The translations under genes and the position numbers were made by a program. The notes under the pieces were generated by a model. The model ran no database searches and was not told the origin of the DNA. It saw only the letters and a list, made by a program, of their open reading frames with translations. From Thermoplasmata archaeon (GTDB lineage Archaea; Thermoplasmatota; E2; DHVEG-1), in the NCBI GenBank assembly GCA_030640585.1, contig DAOWIZ010000080.1:1-60071 (forward strand): a stretch of DNA of 60,071 nucleotides. Direction: 5' to 3'. Positions 1 to 9,149 of this stretch are shown here, one piece after another (position 1 is the stretch's first letter; each line of letters begins with the position of its first letter).

Positions 1-804
1 ACAAATAGTCTCATTGCAACAAAAATGGCACTTAAACTCATGGATTATGTTGTAACAGAGGCAGGTTTTGGATCAGAACTTGGTGCTGAAAAATTCTTTA
101 ACATTGTTTGTAGAACAGGTAACCTACGGCCTGATGCTGTTGTAATGCTTGTAAGCATTCGATCTCTTAAAAGACATGGAAACGGTGATGTACAAAAAGG
201 TCTTCCAAATTTAGAAAAACACCTGGAAAACATATCACTTTTTGGTGTACCTGTAATTGTTGCAATTAATCATTTTGTTGATGATACAGAGGAAGAAATA
301 AATGTTGTTGAAAATTACTGTAAATCAAAAAACATACCTGTAGCCGTTGCCGACATATGGGATCAAGGTGGAGAAGGCGGAATAGAACTAGCAGGAAAAC
401 TAGTGAGCCTTATACATAACAATCCCTCAAATTTTCAATTTTTATATAATCTTGATATGCCTGTAAAAGAAAAAATAGAAGTAATTGCTAAAAAAATATA
501 TGGTGCAGGGCGAGTAGTTTATACAATAGTAGCAGAACGAGACATTGAACTATGTAAAAAACAAGGACTTGACAAACTACCTATTTGTATTGCTAAAACT
601 CAGTATTCTCTTTCTGATGACTCTAAACTACTAGGCCGTCCTGAGGGTTTTAAAATCACTGTACGTGAAATCCGGTTCTCAGCAGGAGCAGGATTTATTG
701 TACCTATGACTGGGAAAATTACGACAATGCCTGGGCTACCTGCAAAACCAGCATCTGAAAACATCGATATTGATGATAAGGGAAATATTTCTGGGCTTTA
801 CTAG
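1..804 (+). CDS. fhs: formate--tetrahydrofolate ligase, C-terminal portion (5' end lies outside the window)
   Basis: Frame 1 is open from base 1. The translation (DYVVTEAGFGSELGAEKFFNIVCR ... ICIAKTQYSLSDD ... GFIVPMTGKITTMPGLP) matches conserved FTHFS C-terminal blocks. TAG stop at 802-804. Confidence 0.9.
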   Translation, partial: TNSLIATKMALKLMDYVVTEAGFGSELGAEKFFNIVCRTGNLRPDAVVMLVSIRSLKRHGNGDVQKGLPNLEKHLENISLFGVPVIVAINHFVDDTEEEINVVENYCKSKNIPVAVADIWDQGGEGGIELAGKLVSLIHNNPSNFQFLYNLDMPVKEKIEVIAKKIYGAGRVVYTIVAERDIELCKKQGLDKLPICIAKTQYSLSDDSKLLGRPEGFKITVREIRFSAGAGFIVPMTGKITTMPGLPAKPASENIDIDDKGNISGLY

Positions 805-869
805 AAAAAAATAAGGCATACATTGATATATCAAAAATCCTATGCATTTTTTGGGAGGAATATCTTCAA

Positions 870-2180
870 ATGTCTGTTGATGATCTTAAATCTCATGTAA
901 AGGATATCTTAAATGTTCTAAGTGAAAACTCAGAAAAAAATGCTAGTAAAGATGAACTTGAAAAGGAACTTAAGAAGTTCATGGAGTATGGCGTACCTAT
1001 TGAGCAGGCTAAGCAAACACTTATTAAAAAATATGGTGGGAGTATAAAATTTAACACATCAACGTCGTCGTCTTCTGAGCGGACGTTGATATCTGATATT
1101 GAGCCTAATCAATACAATGTAAATATGTTATGTCGTGTTATTGCTATTAATCCCAAGGATATAGTTGTGAAAGGTGAAAACCGCAAGATCTTTTATGGAA
1201 TCCTAGGTGATGAGAGCGGTACTATTCCTTTTACTGCCTGGAGTGAAATTGATGTACAAAAAGGAGATGTCATAGAGGTTTCTAATGCATATACTCGTGA
1301 GTGGCAGGGTGCTGCTCAGTTGAATTTTGGGGATCGTGTAAGCATTAAGAAAACAGAGAGTGATAAACTCCCAGAGGCTGCTTTTGAACCTAAAATATAC
1401 AACGTTTGTGATCTTAGATCAGGTCTTGGATCAGTAGAAGTATCCGCACGTATTATTGAGGTTAATAGTCGTGATGTAACTGTTAATGGTGAAGTAAAGA
1501 AGGTTTTCTCAGGTATTATCGGTGATGAAACAGGAAAGGCACAGTTTACAAGTTGGCATGATTGGAAACTTAAAAGTGGTGATGTTGTCAACATTTCTGG
1601 TGGTTATGTGAAATCCTGGAAGGGCATACCTCAACTAACTTTTGATGAGAAGGCAAGTGTTAAAAAACTTGATAAAAACAAGATTCCTAAAGAAAAAATA
1701 TCTAAGGCAAATAAGATGTCTTTGCATGTTCTTGTTGAAAAACGTGGTATGCTTGATGTTGAAGTAGAAGGTACTATTATTGAGATAAGATCTGGCTCTG
1801 GTCTTATTATGAGATGCCCGGAGTGTAATCGTGCTCTTAGAGACAATGAATGTAATATTCATGGCTCGGTGGAGGGAAAGCTTGATCTAAGAATTAAGCT
1901 TGTTGTTGATGATGGATTTGGTGCTGTAAGTAGTGCTATTAATAGAGATCTTAGTGAGGAACTACTAGGTAAAAAATTTGATGAAATTAAAGAGATGGAT
2001 GAAACCAGCCTTAATGATGAGATGAATAAACTACTTTTTACCAAGAAAATTCGTCTGCAAGGTAATGCTCTTAGTGACGAGTTTGGAACAACCTTTATAT
2101 CAAAAAATGTAGAACTCTTTGAGGTTGATGTTGAAAAGGAATCTGCAAGGCTTACTGAAGAACTGGAGGGTTTGTTATGA
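870..2180 (+). CDS. replication protein A large subunit (three OB-fold repeats plus zinc ribbon)
   Basis: 436-aa ORF with three repeats of an OB-like module (KIFYGILGDESGTIPFTAW / KVFSGIIGDETGKAQFTSW). Has a C-x2-C-x8-C-x2-H motif (CPECNRALRDNECNIHG). ATGA overlap with the next gene. Confidence 0.8.
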   Translation: MSVDDLKSHVKDILNVLSENSEKNASKDELEKELKKFMEYGVPIEQAKQTLIKKYGGSIKFNTSTSSSSERTLISDIEPNQYNVNMLCRVIAINPKDIVVKGENRKIFYGILGDESGTIPFTAWSEIDVQKGDVIEVSNAYTREWQGAAQLNFGDRVSIKKTESDKLPEAAFEPKIYNVCDLRSGLGSVEVSARIIEVNSRDVTVNGEVKKVFSGIIGDETGKAQFTSWHDWKLKSGDVVNISGGYVKSWKGIPQLTFDEKASVKKLDKNKIPKEKISKANKMSLHVLVEKRGMLDVEVEGTIIEIRSGSGLIMRCPECNRALRDNECNIHGSVEGKLDLRIKLVVDDGFGAVSSAINRDLSEELLGKKFDEIKEMDETSLNDEMNKLLFTKKIRLQGNALSDEFGTTFISKNVELFEVDVEKESARLTEELEGLL

Positions 2181-3112
2181 GACGTGAGGCTGCTTGGAGA
2201 GTTTTTGCCGGTGAATACAATGATTCCAGTATTGAAATAAAAGGTGACGGAGAAAAAAAACCATCTTATGTTGTTACACCTCTTGGCGCTAAGGTTAATC
2301 GTTTGTTTATCATTGGTGTTCTCACAGATGTAGAGAATGTTTCTGAAGATAGTGATCTTGTCAGAGCTCATATTTCTGATCCTACTGGTGTTTTTACATT
2401 GTATTCTGGTCAGTATCAACAAAGTGTAACTGATGCCCTTAGGGATATTGAGGTTCCTGCTTTTGTAGCAGTTGTTGGTAAAGCAAGGACCTATATTCCT
2501 GAAGAAGGAACATTGTATGTTTCAATTCGTCCGGAGAACGTCATAGAAGTTGATGCAGATGTCAGAGATCGATGGATACTTGAAACATGTAAAAGTACAA
2601 AGGAAAGAATTGAAGCTGTTATTGAAGCTAAGAAAATGAATTCATCAAATATGACTGATCTTAAAAAACTAGGGTACAGTAGTGCTCTTTCTCAGGGTGT
2701 TGTATTTGCTTTAAAAAACTATGAGGATATCGATTTGAATAAATATGTTACACTTATTCAGGAATCCATACAGTATCTTACGCCAGATAGAAGCGCACTT
2801 CCAGATCTATCTTCCAAGAGTAAAAAGGATAAGAAAAAAGATGAAGGGCAAATAGAAATGAATAGTGAGAAAGTAACTGTAGAAACTAAAAAAGATGAAG
2901 AAGTCGAAAAGGATAAATTTGAAGAAACTGAAAAAACAGTTCTTGAAAATATAAAAAAGATCGAAGGTGATGACGGAGCTGCCTGGGATTTAATTACCAA
3001 GAAATGCGAGAAAATAGGTCTTGATCGTGATTCAATAGAGGAAGCGCTTACTTCCCTCATGGATAAAGGTCTTATCTATGAGCCTATCCTGGGTACCATC
3101 AAAACCACTTAA
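2177..3112 (+). CDS. RPA-associated OB-fold subunit (RPA32-like) with acidic/basic linker and C-terminal winged-helix-like domain
   Basis: Translationally coupled to the RPA gene through a 4-nt overlap. N-terminal OB-like region (LFIIGVLTDVENVSEDSDLVRAHISDPTGVFTLY). Family call is from memory of archaeal RPA operons. Confidence 0.6.
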   Translation: MRREAAWRVFAGEYNDSSIEIKGDGEKKPSYVVTPLGAKVNRLFIIGVLTDVENVSEDSDLVRAHISDPTGVFTLYSGQYQQSVTDALRDIEVPAFVAVVGKARTYIPEEGTLYVSIRPENVIEVDADVRDRWILETCKSTKERIEAVIEAKKMNSSNMTDLKKLGYSSALSQGVVFALKNYEDIDLNKYVTLIQESIQYLTPDRSALPDLSSKSKKDKKKDEGQIEMNSEKVTVETKKDEEVEKDKFEETEKTVLENIKKIEGDDGAAWDLITKKCEKIGLDRDSIEEALTSLMDKGLIYEPILGTIKTT

Positions 3113-3202
3113 AAAAATGTTGGAAAGTATGTCCTAATTTTTGTTATTTTTACGTTTTGATATTTTTGCAGAATGGGTATTTTTACAGGTTAAACTTATA
3201 TA

Positions 3203-3529
3203 TTGCCATTGATAAACATTAACCTATCTGTTGATGGTGTGGGTGAAATTATGGATAAGAAGAAAGGAAAGAAATATGATTATCCTTCGTTGTATGATGT
3301 TTTTGAACTGGGAGACAGAGTTAAAAGGACCTATAAAGATAAAGAGAGTAAATATGAGTATAGGGGCATAGTCTTAGCAATCGAAGATAAAAGCATTGAA
3401 ATTTATTGGGACACTAAGAATGATAAATATAGGCCTGGCGACATGAATGTTGCTTTTACTAATTGCCCAATAAGCGAGATTTTTAAAGGCAGCGATCATT
3501 ATACTCCAATAAGAAAGGATGAACATTAA
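3203..3529 (+). CDS. hypothetical protein (TTG start at 3203; ATG at 3251 is more likely)
   Basis: 108-aa ORF with no recognisable motifs. Coding-like composition only. Confidence 0.4.
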   Translation: MPLININLSVDGVGEIMDKKKGKKYDYPSLYDVFELGDRVKRTYKDKESKYEYRGIVLAIEDKSIEIYWDTKNDKYRPGDMNVAFTNCPISEIFKGSDHYTPIRKDEH

Positions 3530-3648
3530 ACCTAGATATATATCTAAGAATATATTTTCAGGGCTCTAGTTGTGTATGTTTTATTGTTTTTTAGATCGGG
3601 GCTTAAACAAAGTATTTATACTACCCATACGTAGTATTATTAATTATA

Positions 3649-3870
3649 TTGAGGTGGTGGAAAATGAATAGAGAAGCTTTACCACTTATAATTGGGTTGT
3701 TGATTCCACTTGTTTTGGTTTTAGTTATTGTGCTATATTTTTCTGGATATGATGTTACCCTATCCCTCCGAGAGTTTCTTAAAAAAATACCTATATTGTA
3801 TTATATCATCGTTTTGCCAGTGATCCTAGGTTTTATAATTGCTATAGCAAAATGGAAGGAAAACCGGTGA
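3649..3870 (+). CDS. small membrane protein (two predicted TM helices)
   Basis: 73-aa ORF with two hydrophobic stretches (LPLIIGLLIPLVLVLVIVLYF, ILYYIIVLPVILGFIIAIA). Its TGA stop lies inside an IS-end-like GTGAAC motif. Confidence 0.5.
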   Translation: MRWWKMNREALPLIIGLLIPLVLVLVIVLYFSGYDVTLSLREFLKKIPILYYIIVLPVILGFIIAIAKWKENR

Positions 3871-3899
3871 ACTACTATTCTTGACCGGAAATAAGTTAA
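3867..3899 (-). repeat. 33-bp IS-end junction: the right-end terminus (..TAGTAGTTCAC) fused to the first ~20 nt of the left end plus the TTAAC flank of the TnpB elements seen at 18.1 and 24.4-25.8 kb
   Basis: The plus strand reads gtgaactactattcttgaccggaaataagttaa. Compare gtgaactaccaca.. at 24446, and ..cttcttgac(c)ggaaaa(aa)gttaa at 25785-25804 and 18421-18443. Confidence 0.55.
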
Positions 3900-4100
3900 A
3901 AAAAATATTGATTTTACTGAGATTTTTTTATAGTTTATGCATAAACAATGGAAGACATATAAAGAGATATATTAAAATATAACTATAATAATTTTATAAG
4001 GTTATTTTTATAATTTTGATAACATTTGTCAAATACATCTGGTAACACTTGTACAACAAACACTATATAAATATTAATATAAAAGCAATAATAGAATTAC

Positions 4101-4262
4101 ATGCTAGTCGTAGGATTACTATCAAGCAAAGAAGAAGTCGATGAAATGAAATACATCGCAAAAGTCTGTACACTTGAAAACAGAATACACTTTATATGCA
4201 GAATGCAAAAAATAAAAGACTTACTAAAACAAGAAAACATATACTACAAAAAGCAAGATTAA
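4101..4262 (+). CDS. candidate small ORF (53 aa), unknown function
   Basis: ATG-to-TAA ORF (MLVVGLLSSKEEVDEMKYIAKVCTLENRIHFICRMQKIKDLLKQENIYYKKQD) in an otherwise empty 400-bp AT-rich spacer. Below the ORF-track cutoff, with no homology evidence. Confidence 0.2.
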   Translation: MLVVGLLSSKEEVDEMKYIAKVCTLENRIHFICRMQKIKDLLKQENIYYKKQD

Positions 4263-4298
4263 AAAAACCCTTTTTTGTTTTCATCCATAAAGCAAAGG

Positions 4299-5183
4299 AT
4301 GAAAAAAAATATGACTGTTTTAATAATATCATCAAGCGAAGACCCAGCAGGATGCAACATTAAAAAAGGACTTTTAGAACAAACCAACTGGGAAGAGATA
4401 GATACATTCCATGAAAACACAGTTTATAGACATATCACTATGAACAACTTAGTTCTTGTAACGATAAATGACCGTACAATAAAACACGAAAACCTTGACA
4501 TAGAAATAGAACAAAAACTTGGAATCAAACCAAAACAAGCAATATTTATCACACGACACATAAGTAAAACAGGCGAACCAACACTAACTACACACCCTAT
4601 TGGTAACTATGGAAAAGCAGAGTTTGGAGGGGAAACAAAAACATTAGTTAAATCATCACCACGACTTATGACACATCTGCTAAGGCTTCTTGATAAAAAC
4701 GCTAAAGAAGTAAACACATACCACAAGGTATGCTTCGAAGTAACACATCATGGACCACATATGAACATACCCACACTTTTTGTAGAAGTAGGAAGCACAG
4801 AAGAAGAATGGCAGAAAACAAAACCTGCAAACATTGTTGCAAAATCAGTAATAGAATTACTACAGGAATATCATTATGAAGAAGAAATGCCAAAAGACAT
4901 ACCTACCTTAATTGGAATCGGTGGAGGACATTATGCACCAAGGTTCACAGATATAGTTTTAGAAAAAAAATCTGCCTTTGGACATATGATACCAGCCTAC
5001 CAAATCAAAGCAGGAAACATCGATGAAGAAATGTTAGAAAAGGCAATTAAATTTACACCTGACATTGAAGCAGTATACCTTCATAGAAAATCGCTTAAAA
5101 AATCCCAGATAACAGAATACAAGAAATGGTTTAAAGAAAAAAATATACCTGCAATATCAAGTAAAACACTTGAAGATCTATGA
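4299..5183 (+). CDS. dtdA: D-aminoacyl-tRNA deacylase, archaeal type (DTD2)
   Basis: The N-terminus (VLIISSSEDPAGCNIK) and the GIGGGHYAPRFT block are typical of the archaeal tRNA_deacylase family. Start is ATG 4299 or 4311; the ORF-track TTG at 4275 is less likely. Confidence 0.85.
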   Translation: MKKNMTVLIISSSEDPAGCNIKKGLLEQTNWEEIDTFHENTVYRHITMNNLVLVTINDRTIKHENLDIEIEQKLGIKPKQAIFITRHISKTGEPTLTTHPIGNYGKAEFGGETKTLVKSSPRLMTHLLRLLDKNAKEVNTYHKVCFEVTHHGPHMNIPTLFVEVGSTEEEWQKTKPANIVAKSVIELLQEYHYEEEMPKDIPTLIGIGGGHYAPRFTDIVLEKKSAFGHMIPAYQIKAGNIDEEMLEKAIKFTPDIEAVYLHRKSLKKSQITEYKKWFKEKNIPAISSKTLEDL

Positions 5184-5184
5184 T

Positions 5185-5514
5185 TTATTTTTTCTTTAAA
5201 GGAAAATCTGTTTTAAAATCATTAAAAAAGACTTGTTTAAAATCAACTATTTTCCCATCTTTTACTTTTATGCCATCCTTATTTAACCTTCTAATCTTAT
5301 CATCTAATCCTAGTCCAAATCCACCAAGACTTCCATCCGATTTAACAATTTTAAAACAAGGCATGGTATCAGCATCTGGATTTTTATTCATATATTTTCC
5401 AACAGCCCTTGCATACCCAGAATTTCCAAGGGCTTTTGCAACCGCACCATAAGTAGAAACTTGACCAGGAGGTATTTGCCTAACTAAATCATATGTATAT
5501 TGGGTAATATTCAT
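5185..5514 (-). CDS. MGMT/Ogt DNA-binding-domain family protein with a variant active-site motif (PCFK instead of PCHR)
   Basis: Translation VRQIPPGQVSTYGAVAKALGNSGYARAVG...MPCFKIVKSDGSLGGF follows the alkyltransferase C-terminal domain pattern. Start taken at MNITQ. Confidence 0.75.
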   Translation of the reverse strand: MNITQYTYDLVRQIPPGQVSTYGAVAKALGNSGYARAVGKYMNKNPDADTMPCFKIVKSDGSLGGFGLGLDDKIRRLNKDGIKVKDGKIVDFKQVFFNDFKTDFPLKKK

Positions 5515-5623
5515 AAAAAAAAGCAACGAATATATACAAATAACCTTTTCTAATCAAATGAACAAGAATATATAATGGAAATTTATCCCTGTTTTAAAAC
5601 CATAAATAAAATAAGGTAAAATA

Positions 5624-6388
5624 ATGAATAAAATAAAATTTCTGGGGACATCCGGCGGACGATTTGTATTGATAAATCAACTTAGAAAATCAGGTGGCAC
5701 ATGGCTTACACTTGATGATACAAACATCCTTATTGATCCTGGCCCGGGTTGTCTTGTCAGCTGTCATGCTAGCAAACCTAAACTTAATCCACAGAGCCTT
5801 GATGCAATTATTCTTACTCATCGTCATCTTGATCATTCAAATGATATTAATGTTATGATAGAGGCAATGGCTAATGGTGGATTTAATAAAAAAGGACTGG
5901 TTTTTGCACCAAGAGATGCGCTAGAAGATGATCCTGTTATTTTGAAACATTTTAGAGATCATGTAGAAAAAATCGAAATCCTGAAAGAAAAAGGAACATA
6001 CAAGATTGGAAATATCTCATTTGAAACTCCGGTGAAACATGTTCATGGTGCTGAAACATATGGTCTTAATTTTTTTGGGAAGAATCATTCTATTTCTTTT
6101 GTTACTGATACCAAATATTTTGATGGTTTGGAATCTTTTTATCATGGAGAAATATTAGTTTTAAATATTGTAATGTTTAAAGAAATGGAACATGTTATGC
6201 ATCTTTGTGTTGATGATGCTGAGAAAATAATTTCTGCTAATAAACCTAAGTTGTGTGTTCTTACACATTTTGGTATGACAATGATTAAGGCTAAGCCCTG
6301 GGAAATTGCAGAACGCTTTACCCGAAATCTTGGTGTTAAGGTTGTTGCTGCTAGTGATGGCATGTCTATAGATTTAGACAAATATTAA
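5624..6388 (+). CDS. MBL-fold metallo-hydrolase
   Basis: HxHxDH motif (THRHLDHSND), a downstream His/Asp pattern, 254 aa. Confidence 0.8.
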   Translation: MNKIKFLGTSGGRFVLINQLRKSGGTWLTLDDTNILIDPGPGCLVSCHASKPKLNPQSLDAIILTHRHLDHSNDINVMIEAMANGGFNKKGLVFAPRDALEDDPVILKHFRDHVEKIEILKEKGTYKIGNISFETPVKHVHGAETYGLNFFGKNHSISFVTDTKYFDGLESFYHGEILVLNIVMFKEMEHVMHLCVDDAEKIISANKPKLCVLTHFGMTMIKAKPWEIAERFTRNLGVKVVAASDGMSIDLDKY

Positions 6389-6466
6389 AATAAGTTACCA
6401 TTGCAATTAAGATATACGTTTGTATAGATTTATAGATATATTTTTATTGGGTTTGCATGTCTCTAA

Positions 6467-8491
6467 TTATCTTACTACGGCTACTGTGATAGTTGCATAG
6501 GCAAATCCAGCTGAATCGGCAATGATAATGTTTTCTAAACATTTTACTTTTACTTGTCCTGATGAGATTGATTGATCTGGCATAATGTTTAAGAATATAG
6601 ATTCACTATTTTCTATTTTTATAAAGAATTCGTATTCATCCGATATACTAAAGATTTCTTTTAATTCTTGATAAGGTACTTCTGATAGTTCATATATTTT
6701 ATCCATACTAAGCAGAGCAGTATAATCATTTTCGGTGACACTATTTTGTCTCGAGAGGCTAATTTCTTCTTCATTTCCTGTTAATATATATTTTCGTACA
6801 TTATGTGCAATAACAATGTTGTCTCCAAAGACAACCAAATACGTGTGATATTTTTCTATTTCAAGATTATAGGATGGTGCTTTTTCATATATCTTTTCTA
6901 ATGAAGTGACTTTTCCTTTGAATAAATGGTCTCCGAGCTTAAGATTTCCTGCTTGAATCCATTCATTGTTTATATATAGAAGGTGATCAGGAGTAACCTT
7001 AAGATGGTTGTTTACAATTAAATAGTAATCTGATATCATCTGATTAGGAGTATCATGAAAGATTTGAATTACTTTGTCTTTAGTTAAAGTGCCGGTTTTT
7101 TCATTGTATGATTTAACAATGTCTCCAATTTGGATTTCCTCAATATGTTTTTGTGTTGCATCGGCCATTAATATTTTTGTCCCAGCTAGGAAACACTTTC
7201 CAGTTTCTCCTTCTTCGCCTCCGCTAACAAGGATAGTATGATGAGATGACCAAGGGCTTTCTTTTCCATCACACATAGAATGAGGATCACTGTCATTATG
7301 ACCATTACCTGCAGGGTCATCTGCTGCTTTAACAGTTATGTAATAAGTACCTGCTGTAGACCAAGAATAATTTATATAACAGTATTCTCCTTTCCCTGAG
7401 TAGGGTCCTACCCAATCACTTTGATTACCATCATCAAAATCCCATTTAAAATAAATATCATCACCATCTGGATCTTCGGCATGTGTTCGAAACATTTCTA
7501 CTTTACCTACTTTTGTAGTATCAGGTCCATCTGGCGAATTTGGTTGGTTAGGAGGATCATTTGGAGGCATAACACGTATCATAACCTGTAAAGGTTCTGA
7601 CCAACTACTTTCTTTACCATCACTTAGATCGCCATTACCATCAGGATCATCTTTTGCTTTAACAGTTATGCTATAAATGCCGGGAGAACACCATGAATGA
7701 TACATCGTACAAATCCCTGAACTAGGATATGGTCCCACCCAATCACTTTGAGTACCATCATCCCAATCCCATTTAAAATAAATATCATTTCCTTCAAGAT
7801 CTTCTGTAAATGTCCAAAAACAATAGGATTTATTAGCATGTGGTTGTACTTCCACAAAGCACCACTTAGGTACCTCAGGATCATGTGGAGCAGAATTTGA
7901 CGATGTCGTGAATGTCCATGTTTCTGATGTGATATTACATGTTGAATCATCAACTGTTACATACCAACGGTATTCCTCTCCTTCTGATAATCCAGACCAA
8001 GTAACATTAGCTCTTGTACCACTCTCAACATCAACATCTACATCAATAAACTCTCCATCTCCAGAAGTGACATCATAGAAAGAAACCTTCATTACATCAC
8101 CTTTATCTATATCACTAACATAAACACTTAAATCCACACTGTTAGGTGGATTTGGATTTAAAGGTACAGAATCACCATCACCCGGACTTGGATTTTGTAC
8201 AGTTGGACATGAATTAAGAATAGTAATATCACTTATTGATCCAGTTGGAGGAACGGGTACCGGTGTTTCAGGATCTATTGCAAGACCAACTTGAGAGTCT
8301 GAAGTTAACAATAAACTCATTATCTCTGTAGCCTTTGCATTTGCATCGGCATGAATCTGTGCAGATCCTTGTTCTGCTGGAGGAGCCATCGAAGCAGCCA
8401 CAACAACGAGAGTTGTCATTAATGCTATGCTTGCTATAGAAAACTCAAGCGGCGAAGCAACCCCATAATTAGTTTTATATAATTTCCTCAT
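6467..8491 (-). CDS. class III signal-peptide (pilin-like) surface protein with Fn3-like and two PKD-like modules and an embedded Hint domain
   Basis: N-terminus MRKLYKTNYG|VASPLEFSIASIALMTTLVVVAA. Two repeats of IYFKWD(W/F)DDG.QSDWVGPY...Y.ITVKA.DDP.GNG. Hint blocks CFLAGTKI / TPDH / VIAHN. Confidence 0.8.
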   Translation of the reverse strand: MRKLYKTNYGVASPLEFSIASIALMTTLVVVAASMAPPAEQGSAQIHADANAKATEIMSLLLTSDSQVGLAIDPETPVPVPPTGSISDITILNSCPTVQNPSPGDGDSVPLNPNPPNSVDLSVYVSDIDKGDVMKVSFYDVTSGDGEFIDVDVDVESGTRANVTWSGLSEGEEYRWYVTVDDSTCNITSETWTFTTSSNSAPHDPEVPKWCFVEVQPHANKSYCFWTFTEDLEGNDIYFKWDWDDGTQSDWVGPYPSSGICTMYHSWCSPGIYSITVKAKDDPDGNGDLSDGKESSWSEPLQVMIRVMPPNDPPNQPNSPDGPDTTKVGKVEMFRTHAEDPDGDDIYFKWDFDDGNQSDWVGPYSGKGEYCYINYSWSTAGTYYITVKAADDPAGNGHNDSDPHSMCDGKESPWSSHHTILVSGGEEGETGKCFLAGTKILMADATQKHIEEIQIGDIVKSYNEKTGTLTKDKVIQIFHDTPNQMISDYYLIVNNHLKVTPDHLLYINNEWIQAGNLKLGDHLFKGKVTSLEKIYEKAPSYNLEIEKYHTYLVVFGDNIVIAHNVRKYILTGNEEEISLSRQNSVTENDYTALLSMDKIYELSEVPYQELKEIFSISDEYEFFIKIENSESIFLNIMPDQSISSGQVKVKCLENIIIADSAGFAYATITVAVVR
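6800..7195 (-). other. Hint (intein-like) domain, residues C433-N564 of the 674-aa protein
   Basis: Block A is CFLAGTKILMAD, block B is KVTPDH, block F is YNLEIEKYHTYLV and block G is NIVIAHN. The +1 residue is Val, which is not a nucleophile. Confidence 0.75.
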
Positions 8492-8632
8492 CTACTTTGA
8501 CTCCTATTCTCCTCTGATTTTTTATATCTGCATCTATCTAAATTTCCTATTATATTATACTCTCTTGTTTTTAATATATAAAACTATCGTGTCAAAATGC
8601 CAATAATAGCAGAAAATGTGAAAATAATTTTA

Positions 8633-9145
8633 TTAGTAAATATCATAAGTTATCACCTCAGAAATACATTCATTATCATCACTTAATGTTAAAAAACAAA
8701 TTATTCCATCTGCTTCGTCATTAGTATATGTTAGTCCTATATATTTAGCATCAAAGTAATTACCATTTAATGATTCGGCAAAAAAAACAAATATATCTCT
8801 AGTATCATTAAAATAAGTAAGAACTAGAGGTACAAGAGTTTTTTCTTCGTAATTTAATTTACCGCTAAGTCTATCTCTAAGGGCTATTCCAAATTCCTTT
8901 CGGATATTATCGTAATCAGATTTTATAAAAGATGTTTTATCCAGAGAAACATCAACATTAACTAAACTTACTGTTATAGATGCAAGTGTAATAATTGCTA
9001 CGCTCAAGAAAATACCAGTTAGTAATAATAGTTGCGCATCATCCTTTTTATGTTTTCTACATCTTTTATTTGAATGAATTCTATTTTTGCTGTTATCTTT
9101 GAAGGAAGTTTTTTTCTTACCTAATGTAATTATATCATGTTTCAT
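8633..9145 (-). CDS. small class III signal-peptide (pilin-like) protein with a long basic leader
   Basis: ..KHKKDDA|QLLLLTGIFLSVAIITLASITVSLV, followed by a ~110-aa soluble domain. Lies 4 nt downstream of the preceding gene. Confidence 0.6.
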   Translation of the reverse strand: MKHDIITLGKKKTSFKDNSKNRIHSNKRCRKHKKDDAQLLLLTGIFLSVAIITLASITVSLVNVDVSLDKTSFIKSDYDNIRKEFGIALRDRLSGKLNYEEKTLVPLVLTYFNDTRDIFVFFAESLNGNYFDAKYIGLTYTNDEADGIICFLTLSDDNECISEVITYDIY

Positions 9146-9149
9146 AATA

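Noticed and set aside
3533-3546. Perfect 14-nt palindrome TAGATATATATCTA just after the stop of the 3203-3529 ORF.
   Set aside because: It is pure AT-rich sequence in an AT-rich spacer. It could be a terminator or an operator, but nothing else supports either.
5180-5452. 90-aa plus-strand ORF after dtdA.
   Set aside because: It is antisense to the MGMT-like gene, which has clear family motifs. The plus-strand product is low-complexity.
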